A stretch of DNA of 64,000 bases from Fimbriimonadales bacterium. Lineage in GTDB: Bacteria; Armatimonadota; Fimbriimonadia; Fimbriimonadales; ATM1. How positions within the stretch are numbered: the stretch's first letter is position 1; every line of letters begins with the position of its first letter. The translations under genes and the position numbers were made by a program. Shown here piece after piece: positions 48,774-58,808 of the stretch. The notes under the pieces were generated by a model that saw nothing but the letters and a program-made list of their open reading frames with translations, was not told the origin of the DNA and ran no database searches. The stretch spans positions 1 through 64,000 of the forward strand of contig JBPCLO010000052.1 of NCBI GenBank assembly GCA_051003155.1, written 5' to 3'.

Positions 48774-48875
48774 CACCATGGCGCCGACATCCCGTCGGCA
48801 CCCCCATCCCCACCGTAGCGCCGGCATCTTGTCGGCATCACATCTCACCGGTGTAGGGCCAACATCCTGTCGACA
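48774..48875 (+). repeat. Three tandem REP-like palindromes
   Basis: cacc-atggcgccgacatcccgtcggca, cacc-gtagcgccggcatcttgtcggca, gtagggccaacatcctgtcgaca, ~37-bp period. Confidence 0.7.
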
Positions 48876-48899
48876 CGCCACCTATAGGCAACCCAAGGG

Positions 48900-51608
48900 T
48901 CAGCCGAGACGCCGATTAATCAGAGCCCGGACTTTCTTGCGGTACTGCTCCCAAAACGCCTTCGTCTCACCGGCGTCAGGCAGCTTCGCCGGCTTAAGTA
49001 AATAGTAGCCTGCTCGAGCGGCGGCGAGGTTCTGGACGCTGTAGCCTAAGTACCCGACCTTTTCGATAGGCTGCCCGACCTTCTCAGGATCGCATTCCGC
49101 GTCATCGAAAAAGTGCAGCAGGAATCGAAGCTGTGCGGGGCTGGGTCCCGACAGTGAAGTAACTCCCATCGAGACGTAATCGAGCCGAACACTCAGTTCA
49201 GACTTTTCAACGAGGCGGGCGAGTTCTTGCCAGATATCCTCGTCCGGCCAGGCGTTGGCGAGGCGGAAGTGCTCGTGAGACAGTTCACGCCCAATGTCCC
49301 TAAGAAACTCCCGTTTGAACATCGCGACGTCTACCTTGGCAAGCGCCTTTATGGCGGATACGCGCATCTGACTCTCGTACGACGCAAGACCGGCTCTCAG
49401 CAGATCGACTTTCACCGGCTTCGGAAGAACTGAAACCGCAATCTCGTTGGCAAGGTGCGCTGCGGAACCCGGCGAACGCTCGCGGAGCGCACGAGCGTAG
49501 ACTTCGCCGAGACGGCGCGGATACTTTGCGCCGAGCATCCGGTTGAGCGTTCGCGAATCGCCTTGCAGATCGCTTCGTACGACCGCATTTCGGACCAGGT
49601 ACTCCTCTTCGGACAGATCCTCGTGGGCCGACCACCAAGCGCGGGCGCCCTCGCGTGTAACCTTCCAGGATTCGTGCGGCAATATATTGCCGGCGGTGAA
49701 CTCCCAGAGGAAGTTGACCATTATGTCATGTATCATATAGAAACGTGGTCCGGCGGCACCACCCCCGGAGAACGCGGCCCTGGAAACCCGGTTGTCTCCC
49801 AAATGTTCGATGGCGGCAGGAATAGCCTTCAATCCAAAGTCACGCAGTTTCTGATAACGATCGTCGTACAGAGCGCCGAAACGATAGCCGGACAGCGTGG
49901 AGTTCACAAGATCGTTTATGTGCCACTCGATGCTTCCTGCGGCTGCCTGGTTGGGTTCGAGCGACTTGCGCAGGGCATGGACCAAGGACTCGTACTTCAC
50001 GTCGATGTGCCCCGTCTCCTCTTGAACAACTTCAGGCGGCAAGTAGCCTGAATCCGCTATCCGTTTCAGATTTGTGTATGCGTCCGCGAGAGGAACGGCC
50101 GGATCGGCGATCTTGTTCGCGTGGTAGGCAAACGCGGACATGGCCAGAAGATTGAGCGGCGTATCGTTCGTCGGCCCCATGTCGAACCTATAGCGAATGA
50201 CCTCGAAGGCCGTTGTCCTTCGGCCGAGCTCCAGAAGAGCAAGCGCCGCGCGGATATGCTCTTCCTCGTAATAGACCCTGTAAACATACGTCTTGCCGCG
50301 ATGCGGAGGGTAGTTTGCCGTATTCCAATCGCTTCCCGGCTTCGCAACGAACCTAACGAACTTGCCGCCGCCAAAAGGAGCGACCAAGACGACTTTCCCT
50401 ATGGCCGTCTCCTCGCTGCTTATTAGAATCTGTGTGTCGTCCAAGTCGGCTCGGTAGTTGAATTGCCGCGCCACTTCCAAGAACTGGTCCACGTGATCGA
50501 CGATCTGAGTCCTGGTTATCGCGGCCGGCGGTGCTTGTTCGAGCGTTCGCGCATCGCTGATCCTTTCTTCGGCGACTCTTTCCTTGAACTGTCGAGCGCC
50601 ATCGTCGTCAATGGAGTTGGCAGCAATTACAGCGAGTACCGCTTCCACCGCGGGCCCGCTTTCGATCAGCGAAAGAGCAGAGGCAGATACTCGATCGATC
50701 TTGTTATCGATGAGCACCTGCTTCGCAGCCTCCCGCAATCGGTCCTCGCCAAGCATTCGCCATAGATGTATAGCGACACTTTCCTTCACCCACGTGTCGG
50801 GATCGGCTAACAGCGGACCCAGTACCTCGATTGCCTGCGGCCATCTAATTCTGGCCAAGCTATCAACCGCTCCAAGCCGGACCATGTGATCTTCGTCGGC
50901 AGCCAGTTTCGTCAAGTAAGGCAGGATGAAATCCGGCATGAACTTGCCCGAATGGGCGGTAATCGTCGAAGCCACCGACAGCTTGACTCTGCGCGAACGA
51001 TCGTTCGCCAGCCGCGGTACCAACGCGTACAGACGCGGGTCCTTCGCGTACTCGCGAATCTGAATAACCGTTCGATGCCTCACCGAATCGTCCCTATGCC
51101 GCAGAAGTTGGACGATCCAAAAAAACGCATCCGGGTGATCTAGCTGAACGAGCCAATCCGCTAAGCCTTCGGCTGCCCAGCCGGGTGGCTCGCGCAAGGC
51201 CGTGCCCACAAGTTTGATCGCCTCGTCGGCATGCTGGTTGAGAACATGATGGTCACCGTGGACTCTCGCCAGCCGAATTAGGGCGTACAGAGCCCTTTCT
51301 TTGACGCGACCACTCGGATCGTTCAGATAGATGTGGTGAACACTGGACTCCACGGTGGGCGGCCGGAGCAATGCGACGTAGTCCAACGCGACCAGCCGCT
51401 CCGATTCAGAGTGTGATTGGAGCATGCGAATCGCTTTCGGCAAATGCGAAACCGTGATCGCGTTGATCTTGCGCCATGCTTCTTTGCGAAGCTTTGGATT
51501 CTGGGTCTTGAAGAGCAAGTCCCGCACTCTGCTCGGAGTCGACAACTCTTGCGTGAAACCTGCTGATGCCAAGCACACACATCCCAAAACAATGCCCACC
51601 TTCATCAC
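48900..51608 (-). CDS. Exported HEAT-repeat protein
   Basis: Signal peptide; repeated D..VR..A..L HEAT-like units. Confidence 0.8.
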   Translation of the reverse strand: MMKVGIVLGCVCLASAGFTQELSTPSRVRDLLFKTQNPKLRKEAWRKINAITVSHLPKAIRMLQSHSESERLVALDYVALLRPPTVESSVHHIYLNDPSGRVKERALYALIRLARVHGDHHVLNQHADEAIKLVGTALREPPGWAAEGLADWLVQLDHPDAFFWIVQLLRHRDDSVRHRTVIQIREYAKDPRLYALVPRLANDRSRRVKLSVASTITAHSGKFMPDFILPYLTKLAADEDHMVRLGAVDSLARIRWPQAIEVLGPLLADPDTWVKESVAIHLWRMLGEDRLREAAKQVLIDNKIDRVSASALSLIESGPAVEAVLAVIAANSIDDDGARQFKERVAEERISDARTLEQAPPAAITRTQIVDHVDQFLEVARQFNYRADLDDTQILISSEETAIGKVVLVAPFGGGKFVRFVAKPGSDWNTANYPPHRGKTYVYRVYYEEEHIRAALALLELGRRTTAFEVIRYRFDMGPTNDTPLNLLAMSAFAYHANKIADPAVPLADAYTNLKRIADSGYLPPEVVQEETGHIDVKYESLVHALRKSLEPNQAAAGSIEWHINDLVNSTLSGYRFGALYDDRYQKLRDFGLKAIPAAIEHLGDNRVSRAAFSGGGAAGPRFYMIHDIMVNFLWEFTAGNILPHESWKVTREGARAWWSAHEDLSEEEYLVRNAVVRSDLQGDSRTLNRMLGAKYPRRLGEVYARALRERSPGSAAHLANEIAVSVLPKPVKVDLLRAGLASYESQMRVSAIKALAKVDVAMFKREFLRDIGRELSHEHFRLANAWPDEDIWQELARLVEKSELSVRLDYVSMGVTSLSGPSPAQLRFLLHFFDDAECDPEKVGQPIEKVGYLGYSVQNLAAARAGYYLLKPAKLPDAGETKAFWEQYRKKVRALINRRLG

Positions 51609-51716
51609 CTATCAGACGACGAAATTGGTTGCAAGGAACGCCGGGTGCGACAGCTTCCAAGGTCGGGCCACCCAGCCGCTCGCAAGAGGAGGAGCTGCCC
51701 GGTGTACAATCCAAGA

Positions 51717-52217
51717 GTGGATGTCACCGAAGCTCTGCTCGATTCATGGGACCGGCAGTGCCGGATCGTCGAGGCGGTCGCCTCCCGGGTCGACGAGTCG
51801 AACCGACATGTGAAGCCCTCGGAGGACGGCTGGCCGCTCGACTATCAGCTAGCGCATATTCATAACACTAGGCGGTTTTGGCTGTCGCATGTCGCGCCCG
51901 AGCACGGGGCGGCGCTGGAGCGGGCAACCGAGGACGATAAGCCGCTGCCGGACCTGAATGCGATCAAGGCGCATCTGGAGCAGAGCGGCAAGGCTGTCCG
52001 CGAGGCCGTGAGTGAGCTCCTGGAGAAGGGGGTCGAGAAGGTCTCGAGCCCGAATGTCACCTACGACCATCCGGTCATGTTTCTGCAGCACATGGTCTGG
52101 CATGAGGGCTGGCACGTGGGGCTGATCTTCCTGGGGCTGCGGCTGGCGGGGCAAGAGCCGCCCGAGGAATGGGAGGATGAGAAGGTCTGGGGCGAGTGGC
52201 GCACCGAGGTTTGGTAG
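51717..52217 (+). CDS. DinB family protein
   Basis: QLAHI...R, HMVWHEGWHVG. Confidence 0.85.
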   Translation: MDVTEALLDSWDRQCRIVEAVASRVDESNRHVKPSEDGWPLDYQLAHIHNTRRFWLSHVAPEHGAALERATEDDKPLPDLNAIKAHLEQSGKAVREAVSELLEKGVEKVSSPNVTYDHPVMFLQHMVWHEGWHVGLIFLGLRLAGQEPPEEWEDEKVWGEWRTEVW

Positions 52218-52318
52218 AATTCCACTCGCCTACGCTGGCCGCAGGTGCCCTCTTTCTTGGGTGGCCTTTGTATGGCGCGAGCCGGGCTGGCTACCCCCGC
52301 GCCCCGCGTCCTACGTTC

Positions 52319-52696
52319 TCACCTCGCCCGCTCGGCGATCCCCAGGACCGGGTCCATGGTCGGAATTCGAGAGCCCGGAAACCAGTGCTCGACCACGTAG
52401 CGCTCGCCGACCTTGGTCCAGCGCTCGACCCTGTCGTCGCTGTACGTGATCACGGCCGCCCGCCCCTGGGGCTCGGCCATGCCGGGCGAGCTGCGCGCTG
52501 GTTCGGCCACCGAAGCCTCCCCGCCGTGATTGACTTCGCAAGTCTCGATCACGCCGTTGGCGAATTCGACCCTCCACTTGCCGACCGGCAAATCGGGCTT
52601 GACAAGAGTCTTCTCCCGCACGGACGATCCGCCGGAGAAACCCAGGGCGGCCAAGAAAACGGATGTGATGAGCAAAACAGGAAGAAAACGATTCAT
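52319..52696 (-). CDS. Small exported hypothetical protein
   Basis: GGAGG RBS, signal peptide, GKWRVEF beta-rich body. Confidence 0.6.
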   Translation of the reverse strand: MNRFLPVLLITSVFLAALGFSGGSSVREKTLVKPDLPVGKWRVEFANGVIETCEVNHGGEASVAEPARSSPGMAEPQGRAAVITYSDDRVERWTKVGERYVVEHWFPGSRIPTMDPVLGIAERAR

Positions 52697-52979
52697 GAGA
52701 CCCTCCAGAGTCCGGCAGCCAATGTACGGCCACCGTACATGAAATGAACGCTCCAGAGTGTCGGGCGCTTCTATGGGAGTCCCCCTATTCCCGGCATCGC
52801 CGGGTGCCCTCTCCCTTGGGTGACCTTTGGAAGGCCCGAGCCTGGGTGGATCTGCGCTGCAGTGCACGTGGGTCGGCAGGCGGTTGGGACAGGTTCAACG
52901 TCGCCCCAACCTTCCATAATCGCTAACCAAAGACCGCCTCAACAGCGAGGCTGTGGAGGCATATAGAGGAATCACAAGA

Positions 52980-53513
52980 ATGCTCATCGACGCGGAACCA
53001 TTGCCCGGATATCAGGAGCCGTACGGCCTCCTCTGCGCGATCCTTCAGGACGGAACGAACGAATGGCGATGGGAGCTCGACCAGGACCTGAGCGAGGAGG
53101 CGGTGGTCTGGCAGCCGGTTCCCGGCGGGCACAGCATCGGGGGAATCATCCTCCACATTGCGATCACGGAGGTCTTCTGGTTCGAGCGGTTTGCCCTCGA
53201 CATCCCCTGGGACCCCGAAGAAGTCAACCTCCTCATGGCGGAGGAAATCGACGTGGACGAGTGGCGCTGGCCCGTGCCGCCCCGCCAGCCGATCTCGTGG
53301 TATTTCGAATTGCAAGATCGCATCCGCACCCGAATGCTGGAATCGATCAAGAGGTGGCCGCCCGCGGACACGGCCAAGGAGCACGACGGGCGCCAACGCA
53401 CCATGCGCTGGGTGCTCGGGCACGTGATCCAGCACGAGGCCTACCACGGAGGGCAAGCCGTTCTTATCAATCGCCTCTGGCACCTTCCAGAATCGGGCGG
53501 GCAAGGGCGATGA
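52980..53513 (+). CDS. DinB family protein
   Basis: HSIGGIILHIA, HVIQHEAYHGGQ. Confidence 0.9.
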   Translation: MLIDAEPLPGYQEPYGLLCAILQDGTNEWRWELDQDLSEEAVVWQPVPGGHSIGGIILHIAITEVFWFERFALDIPWDPEEVNLLMAEEIDVDEWRWPVPPRQPISWYFELQDRIRTRMLESIKRWPPADTAKEHDGRQRTMRWVLGHVIQHEAYHGGQAVLINRLWHLPESGGQGR

Positions 53514-53830
53514 AGCGGGGTGGGGACACGGGCGGGGCGCCCTCCGGCAGCTCATGGGGCTCAACCTCGCCGCACTGCGTCCAACGCACCGCTTCGAGCG
53601 CCCTCACCACGGCTGATGGCGGGCGGCCGACGACAAACGACTCGTTGAAAGCCGCCTCGTTTTGAACTAGGTAGTTGTGGGTGAAAAAAGCCGCATGGAA
53701 GCCGATCCGCCAGAAGGGTCGCGGATGTTTCCCCGAGGTCCAGAGATCGCCCGGGCACCGCTCGACGCATTCGGCCGAGCATGGCGAGTCCGGCGTGGTA
53801 TTGCTCTTTCAGGGCGGATCGTAGGTCCAT
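53514..53830 (-). pseudogene. Frameshifted, truncated DinB-like gene
   Basis: MDLRSALKEQYHAGLAML, an extra base near 53775, then AECVERCPGDLW...FWRIGFHAAFFTHNYL. Confidence 0.6.
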
Positions 53831-53848
53831 TCCGCTATCCTACCGGGC

Positions 53849-54445
53849 ATGCGTCTAGATCTCCTCATGATCATCCTTCCCGCCCAGGTGGGCGAGCACG
53901 TGGCGCTGACGGAGCTGGCGCTGCGGTCGGTGCAGCAGGGCTGGGGCTACCCCCAGGAGTTCATGGCCTGGGAGCCGGAGGCGATCACCGTCGAGCCCGA
54001 GCATATCAGTGGCGCGATCACGAACGTGCTCGTCAGCTTCGCTGGCCCCCACCGAGTTCGATGCGCTCACACCCCTCCCCCTCTCGCTGCGCTCCAAGGG
54101 GAGGCCGGCCGGCTGCTCGGCTTCTACGTTCTGATGGGCGTGCCGCCGGAGATGGAACTGTCCCGGATGATGGTTGAGCCGGACGCCATCGGCACCGGCT
54201 GCGGCCGGCGGATGTGGGACCACGCCGTCGAGACGGCCTCCCGCCTGGGCGTTACGGCCATCACGCTCGACGCCGACCCCAATGCCGAGCCCTTCTACCT
54301 CCGCATGGGCGCGGAGACGGTCGGTCAGCACGAGGGGGAGCCGCCGATGATGCCGGGCTGGCGCGTGAAGAAGATGCGTTACGCGATCCCAGCCCCGAAT
54401 CAACCTCCACCAGCGGGCCGGCGGAGGCAGTATAAAACAAGATAG
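53849..54445 (+). CDS. GNAT acetyltransferase with an in-frame palindromic insertion
   Basis: WGYPQEFM, VEPDAIGTGCGR, ADPNAEPFYLRMG. Confidence 0.85.
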   Translation: MRLDLLMIILPAQVGEHVALTELALRSVQQGWGYPQEFMAWEPEAITVEPEHISGAITNVLVSFAGPHRVRCAHTPPPLAALQGEAGRLLGFYVLMGVPPEMELSRMMVEPDAIGTGCGRRMWDHAVETASRLGVTAITLDADPNAEPFYLRMGAETVGQHEGEPPMMPGWRVKKMRYAIPAPNQPPPAGRRRQYKTR

Positions 54446-54666
54446 AATCAGTGAGGGCGCCGGTTGGTTCGTCCCGGCGGCTCCACTGGGGACTAGAAAC
54501 CGCTTTTGGGAGTGACATTTGGGTGCTCAGGCAAAGCGTATACCGGCTTTTGTTCGCGTGGCCGTCGCTAGCTTGCCCATGACAGCTTGCGATTCGCGTT
54601 AACTTTCCGTGGACACGAGCAATCGGCGCGTCCGACGATCAGCGACGGGTAGGCTGCACGGAATGC

Positions 54667-55740
54667 TTACCCCCCGATCTGGCTCATGCCTCGGCTGAGG
54701 ACCTTTTGGCCCTCCGCTAAGTAATGCCGCTCCGGCTTGTGCTCGACAACGTGGAGGAATATCGCGGCGATGTCATCGTCGCTCGCCCCCGAGCGGAGCG
54801 GGCCGCGCAAATCCACTTCCCCGTCCGACATAAGGCACGGCCGCAGCTGGCCGTCGGCGGTTAGGCGCAAGCGATTGCAGCGAGAACAGAGGTCCGAGCT
54901 GATCTGGCTGATGAAACCGACGGTACCTGGGGCGCCCTCTAACCGATAGGTGTGCGCGGGCCCGTTCGTGGGCAGTTTGGTCGGCCGTAGCGGTCCGAGT
55001 TCGGCCTCGATGGAGTCCTTCGCCTTCAAGTACGGGACCACCACTTTTCGCATGTCGACATCGCTCAGCATCCCGCTTTCCCCAGGTGGCCGAAGCCGAA
55101 TCAGATCGCTGCCACCGTTCAGGGCGTTCATCGGGTCGTAAGAGTCGGTCTCGTCGAGGTTCCAGCGAATCGGCATGACCTCAATGAAGCGAACGTGGAC
55201 CTCCTCGCGAAGCGTCCAACGTGCGAAATCCGCCACCTCACCGTCGTTCACACCCTTCATCAAGACGCAGTTGATTTTGAGTGGTGACAAGCCGGCCTTG
55301 TGCGCCGCGTCGATCCCTTCAAGGACCTTCCCGAGCGAACCTCGTCGGGCGATTCGGACGAATTTCTCCTCGTCTAACGTATCGAGGCTGACGTTCACCC
55401 TCTGCAGCCCGGCGCCGGCAAGCCTATCCGCCATTTCCGGGAGCAAGAAGCCGTTCGTCGTGCAGCTCAAGTCCGTAAGCGCCGGGTGCTTAGATATCTG
55501 CGCGATCAGGTCCGGGAGGTCCTTCCGAACCAGCGGCTCTCCACCTGTTAGACGAATCTTTACCATCCCCAACTCGGCCGCGATGTGAACGAGACGGGCG
55601 ATTTCAATGAACGTGAGAATCTCGTCCTTGGGCGAAACCGGGTAACCCTCCTCGGGCATGCAGTAAACGCAACGAAAATTACACCGATCGGTGATGCTGA
55701 CACGCAAGTAATCGATCGTCCGCCCGAAGCCGTCCTTCAC
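54667..55740 (-). CDS. moaA: GTP 3',8-cyclase
   Basis: YLRVSITDRCNFRCVYC, CSRCNRLRLTADG, MSQIGG. Confidence 0.97.
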   Translation of the reverse strand: MKDGFGRTIDYLRVSITDRCNFRCVYCMPEEGYPVSPKDEILTFIEIARLVHIAAELGMVKIRLTGGEPLVRKDLPDLIAQISKHPALTDLSCTTNGFLLPEMADRLAGAGLQRVNVSLDTLDEEKFVRIARRGSLGKVLEGIDAAHKAGLSPLKINCVLMKGVNDGEVADFARWTLREEVHVRFIEVMPIRWNLDETDSYDPMNALNGGSDLIRLRPPGESGMLSDVDMRKVVVPYLKAKDSIEAELGPLRPTKLPTNGPAHTYRLEGAPGTVGFISQISSDLCSRCNRLRLTADGQLRPCLMSDGEVDLRGPLRSGASDDDIAAIFLHVVEHKPERHYLAEGQKVLSRGMSQIGG

Positions 55741-56096
55741 GGGGCCAACTCCGCGAGGACGCTCTCCAGCTTGAAGGTCATTTCGCTATTGCTCACAATC
55801 CGCGAGCAGCCCGCCTCGCGGCCTCTCTCCCAAAGTTCCTTCTCCTTGTGTCCTGCATGGCCTACCACCAGTATGCCCTCCTCGCGGAGCTTCCTAATCG
55901 CGTCGAAAGGGCTCAACCGGCGACTCGACAAGTTGATGATCGCAACGTCTCCAGATGGCTCGATGGGCATTTCCGAAACGAACTCGAAATCGTGACCCAG
56001 GGCGCGAAGCGCTTGGCGTAGGCGACCGGACCAGATCAGGTTATCCTCCAGAATCAGGATTTTCAATGGCCTTGCCCCTCGGCGAATTAGCCGCAT
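55737..56096 (-). CDS. Atypical single receiver-domain protein
   Basis: ILILEDN; IINL where the phospho-Asp is expected. Confidence 0.6.
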   Translation of the reverse strand: MRLIRRGARPLKILILEDNLIWSGRLRQALRALGHDFEFVSEMPIEPSGDVAIINLSSRRLSPFDAIRKLREEGILVVGHAGHKEKELWERGREAGCSRIVSNSEMTFKLESVLAELAP

Positions 56097-56220
56097 CGCT
56101 CTCGTTCAAATAATCCGAAACCATCGGGCCGACGATGAGGTAACCCGCCAGCAGGAGGCCGATGGGCACGACCACGAATTTGACCACGCGAAGGAGAAGC
56201 CTTGTGATGCCGGAACTCAC
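56041..56220 (-). CDS. Small membrane protein
   Basis: One TM; TAGAAT 7 nt upstream of the GTG. Confidence 0.55.
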   Translation of the reverse strand: MSSGITRLLLRVVKFVVVPIGLLLAGYLIVGPMVSDYLNESDAANSPRGKAIENPDSGG

Positions 56221-56258
56221 GTCGTCGATTCTACCGCCCACCGGTAGAATGGCTACCC

Positions 56259-58106
56259 GTGGCCGTTAGCGTATTCGAAGATCAGGTTGAACTCACCATT
56301 CCGGTCTTCCAAGAGGTCGCCGCGCCGCGTCAGGAACCATTCGATTCTCCGCCCCACCGGCGATACGAGCGAACGGGAAACACTCAGCGATCGCTGCGAG
56401 CACTGATTTTAGAGAACCAGTACACCCGACTCGCTGCTACAAACGAGTTCGGCGGGCGCGTGTTATCTCTCTTCGACAAACGATCCGGAGTCGAGACGCT
56501 CCGCCCCTTGAACGACAACCTTGAAGGTGGCATCGAGTTCTGCCCAGCCTTTGGATCAAACGACGCCAGGTACTCGGCTGGGTTCGCGACCGTGGTCCAA
56601 GACTCGGAAGATCGCGCCGCTGTCGCGGTTGGAAGCACGGATTGGTCGTGCGGACTTTCCTACACAGCGGAAATCTCCCTGGGAGCCGAATCTGCAGCGA
56701 TGAACATCGAGCTGCGCGTCTTCAATCGCCACCTGTGGCCCGAGCAGGTGATGCCCAGGATAACGATGTTCGGTAACGGTGCGTCTGCGTCGGGAAACGT
56801 CGGCTGCCTGCCGGCGAAGGGGACCATGCTCGCCGCGGTGGTGGATGCTCGATTGGCAAAACCGTACGCTACAGAGCAAGCCCTGGTGATAGGGCGGGCA
56901 CTTACGCCCGACGGGGTCCATACGCTGCCGCCGCACCGAACCGACAAGCTCAGCGCACGACTCACGCCTCTTCCGGAATGCGATGGGGTGTCGCATGCCT
57001 CGAATCGAGCCGTAATTTCGATAGGCGAGAGCGGCCTCGGCCTTTGGGTTAGCAAACCGCGGGCCGGCCACGCCATCTTGCTAGGCCTCGAGAACGGGGA
57101 CACGGTCGAAGCCCCGGTCGATGCGTACCCCGAACACCCGACTAGGCTGACGCTCGACAATCTCGCGTGCAAGCCGGTGCTCGCAGTCGTTCGGGACGCG
57201 TCAAAACAGGAAATCCTGCGAGCCGACCTATCTGCCGAATGGTCCGAAAACGAGCCGCCGCTGGACGAAATCCCTTTTGTCGAACCGGATATCAGCCAGG
57301 ATTTGCAGAAGTTGGAACGACGCATGCGGGCGACCGACGTGCAACTTCTCCTTGCAGCATTTATCGTCCAACACGATCCCGCGAGGGCCCGCGAGCACGC
57401 CTCGGAAGCCACGAAGCGGCGGCCAGCCGTGTTGGCTGCCCGCTACTATTCCGGCCTTGCTGAGCTGGCACTGGGCGATACCGCCCTTGCCGACGGCCAC
57501 CTCTTAGCAGCCATCGCTGACGGCGAATACGCCTGCCCCGCATGGTTTGCACTCGGACTTTCGGCGATGCGGCAGCGGCGATGGGGCCTCGGCGCCCACG
57601 ATTTCGAGGAGGCGCTGCTATTTAGCGGCGACGACCCGTTGGCGTGGTGGCTCAAGCACTGGTGCCTACGCATGGCCGATTCCGAAAACCCCGACGACCT
57701 GCCGAACGCTCACTTCCTTGCACCGCTCGAACCTGCCCTGCGTGCTGACGCATTTTTGCAGTCGCCTGCGGAACTCCCCGGCGAGGGCCGGCTTCTCGCC
57801 ACGCTCGGAAATGACCCACAGCCCTTTCTCGCCGTCGCAGAAATTCTGTGGCTCGCGGGCCTAACCGAAGAACTTGGCAGGTGGCTGCACGAGGCGGACG
57901 TACGCGCACCGAACCCGATGATCAACCTGCTCCTCGCGGCGGCGCTCCTCGATGCGGGAAAGGAAATGGCTGCCGCCGAGCAGGTCTCCCTGGCGCAATC
58001 GCGCCCCGGCACCCCACGTGTTTGGCGCTTGTTCGAGAATCTCGCCCTCGGACGATTGTCGGCGCACTTCGACAAAAATGACTACCTGAGCGACCTCATC
58101 GGCTAA
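56259..58106 (+). CDS. DUF5107-like + TPR protein
   Basis: LILENQY...FGGRVLSLFDK, GGIEF, C-terminal TPR-like helices. Confidence 0.7.
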   Translation: MAVSVFEDQVELTIPVFQEVAAPRQEPFDSPPHRRYERTGNTQRSLRALILENQYTRLAATNEFGGRVLSLFDKRSGVETLRPLNDNLEGGIEFCPAFGSNDARYSAGFATVVQDSEDRAAVAVGSTDWSCGLSYTAEISLGAESAAMNIELRVFNRHLWPEQVMPRITMFGNGASASGNVGCLPAKGTMLAAVVDARLAKPYATEQALVIGRALTPDGVHTLPPHRTDKLSARLTPLPECDGVSHASNRAVISIGESGLGLWVSKPRAGHAILLGLENGDTVEAPVDAYPEHPTRLTLDNLACKPVLAVVRDASKQEILRADLSAEWSENEPPLDEIPFVEPDISQDLQKLERRMRATDVQLLLAAFIVQHDPARAREHASEATKRRPAVLAARYYSGLAELALGDTALADGHLLAAIADGEYACPAWFALGLSAMRQRRWGLGAHDFEEALLFSGDDPLAWWLKHWCLRMADSENPDDLPNAHFLAPLEPALRADAFLQSPAELPGEGRLLATLGNDPQPFLAVAEILWLAGLTEELGRWLHEADVRAPNPMINLLLAAALLDAGKEMAAAEQVSLAQSRPGTPRVWRLFENLALGRLSAHFDKNDYLSDLIG

Positions 58107-58115
58107 ACTGCCGGC

Positions 58116-58775
58116 ATGGCGGAAACAATTCGTGTCGTTATCGCGGACGACGAGGAGGGGTACCGGAAAGCCCTCAAGCAGGTGCTCGCCACGGCTGAAG
58201 ACATCATGGTTGCCGGAACGGCCGCCAACGGGGAGGAGGCCCTTGCCATTTGCCTTGAAACCGACGCGGATGTCCTACTCACCGACATGAGCATGCCGAA
58301 AATGGACGGCGTCCAGTGCATCCGTGCGCTGGTCAAGCGAAAGCGAGACATCGCATTCGTCGTTCTGACCATCCATGAGGAAAACGAAAGAATCTTCGAC
58401 GCCCTGCGCGCCGGAGCGACGGGATACCTCCTCAAGACGAGCACGCCCAAAGACGTTGTGGACGCGATCCGCAGGGCTCACGACGGCGAAGCGAGCATGA
58501 CGCCCGCAATCGCGACCAAAGTGCTCGCCGAGTTCCGCCGCCAAACCGAAGACGAAGAAATCGACGATCAGCATCTGTACGAACTCAGCGACCGCGAGCT
58601 CGAAATCCTCCAGCTCGTCGCCGATGGCTTGCGAAACCGCGAAATCGCTGCGAGGTTGTGCTTGGCAGAGAAAACGGTCAAGAACCACGTGAGCAACATC
58701 CTGAAGGCGATGCACGTCAACAGCCGAACCGAAGCGGCAATGAAGGCCCTCAAAGAAAAGCTCATCGGCCGCTGA
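58116..58775 (+). CDS. NarL/LuxR response regulator
   Basis: IADD, DMSMP, LSDRELEIL...TVKNHVSNI. Confidence 0.95.
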   Translation: MAETIRVVIADDEEGYRKALKQVLATAEDIMVAGTAANGEEALAICLETDADVLLTDMSMPKMDGVQCIRALVKRKRDIAFVVLTIHEENERIFDALRAGATGYLLKTSTPKDVVDAIRRAHDGEASMTPAIATKVLAEFRRQTEDEEIDDQHLYELSDRELEILQLVADGLRNREIAARLCLAEKTVKNHVSNILKAMHVNSRTEAAMKALKEKLIGR

Positions 58776-58808
58776 GGACGAGCCAAACCGGAGGCAGCTT
58801 AACTGCCA

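Noticed and set aside
54446..54666. Possible Moco riboswitch near moaA
   Set aside because: This region is downstream of moaA and shows no recognisable motif.
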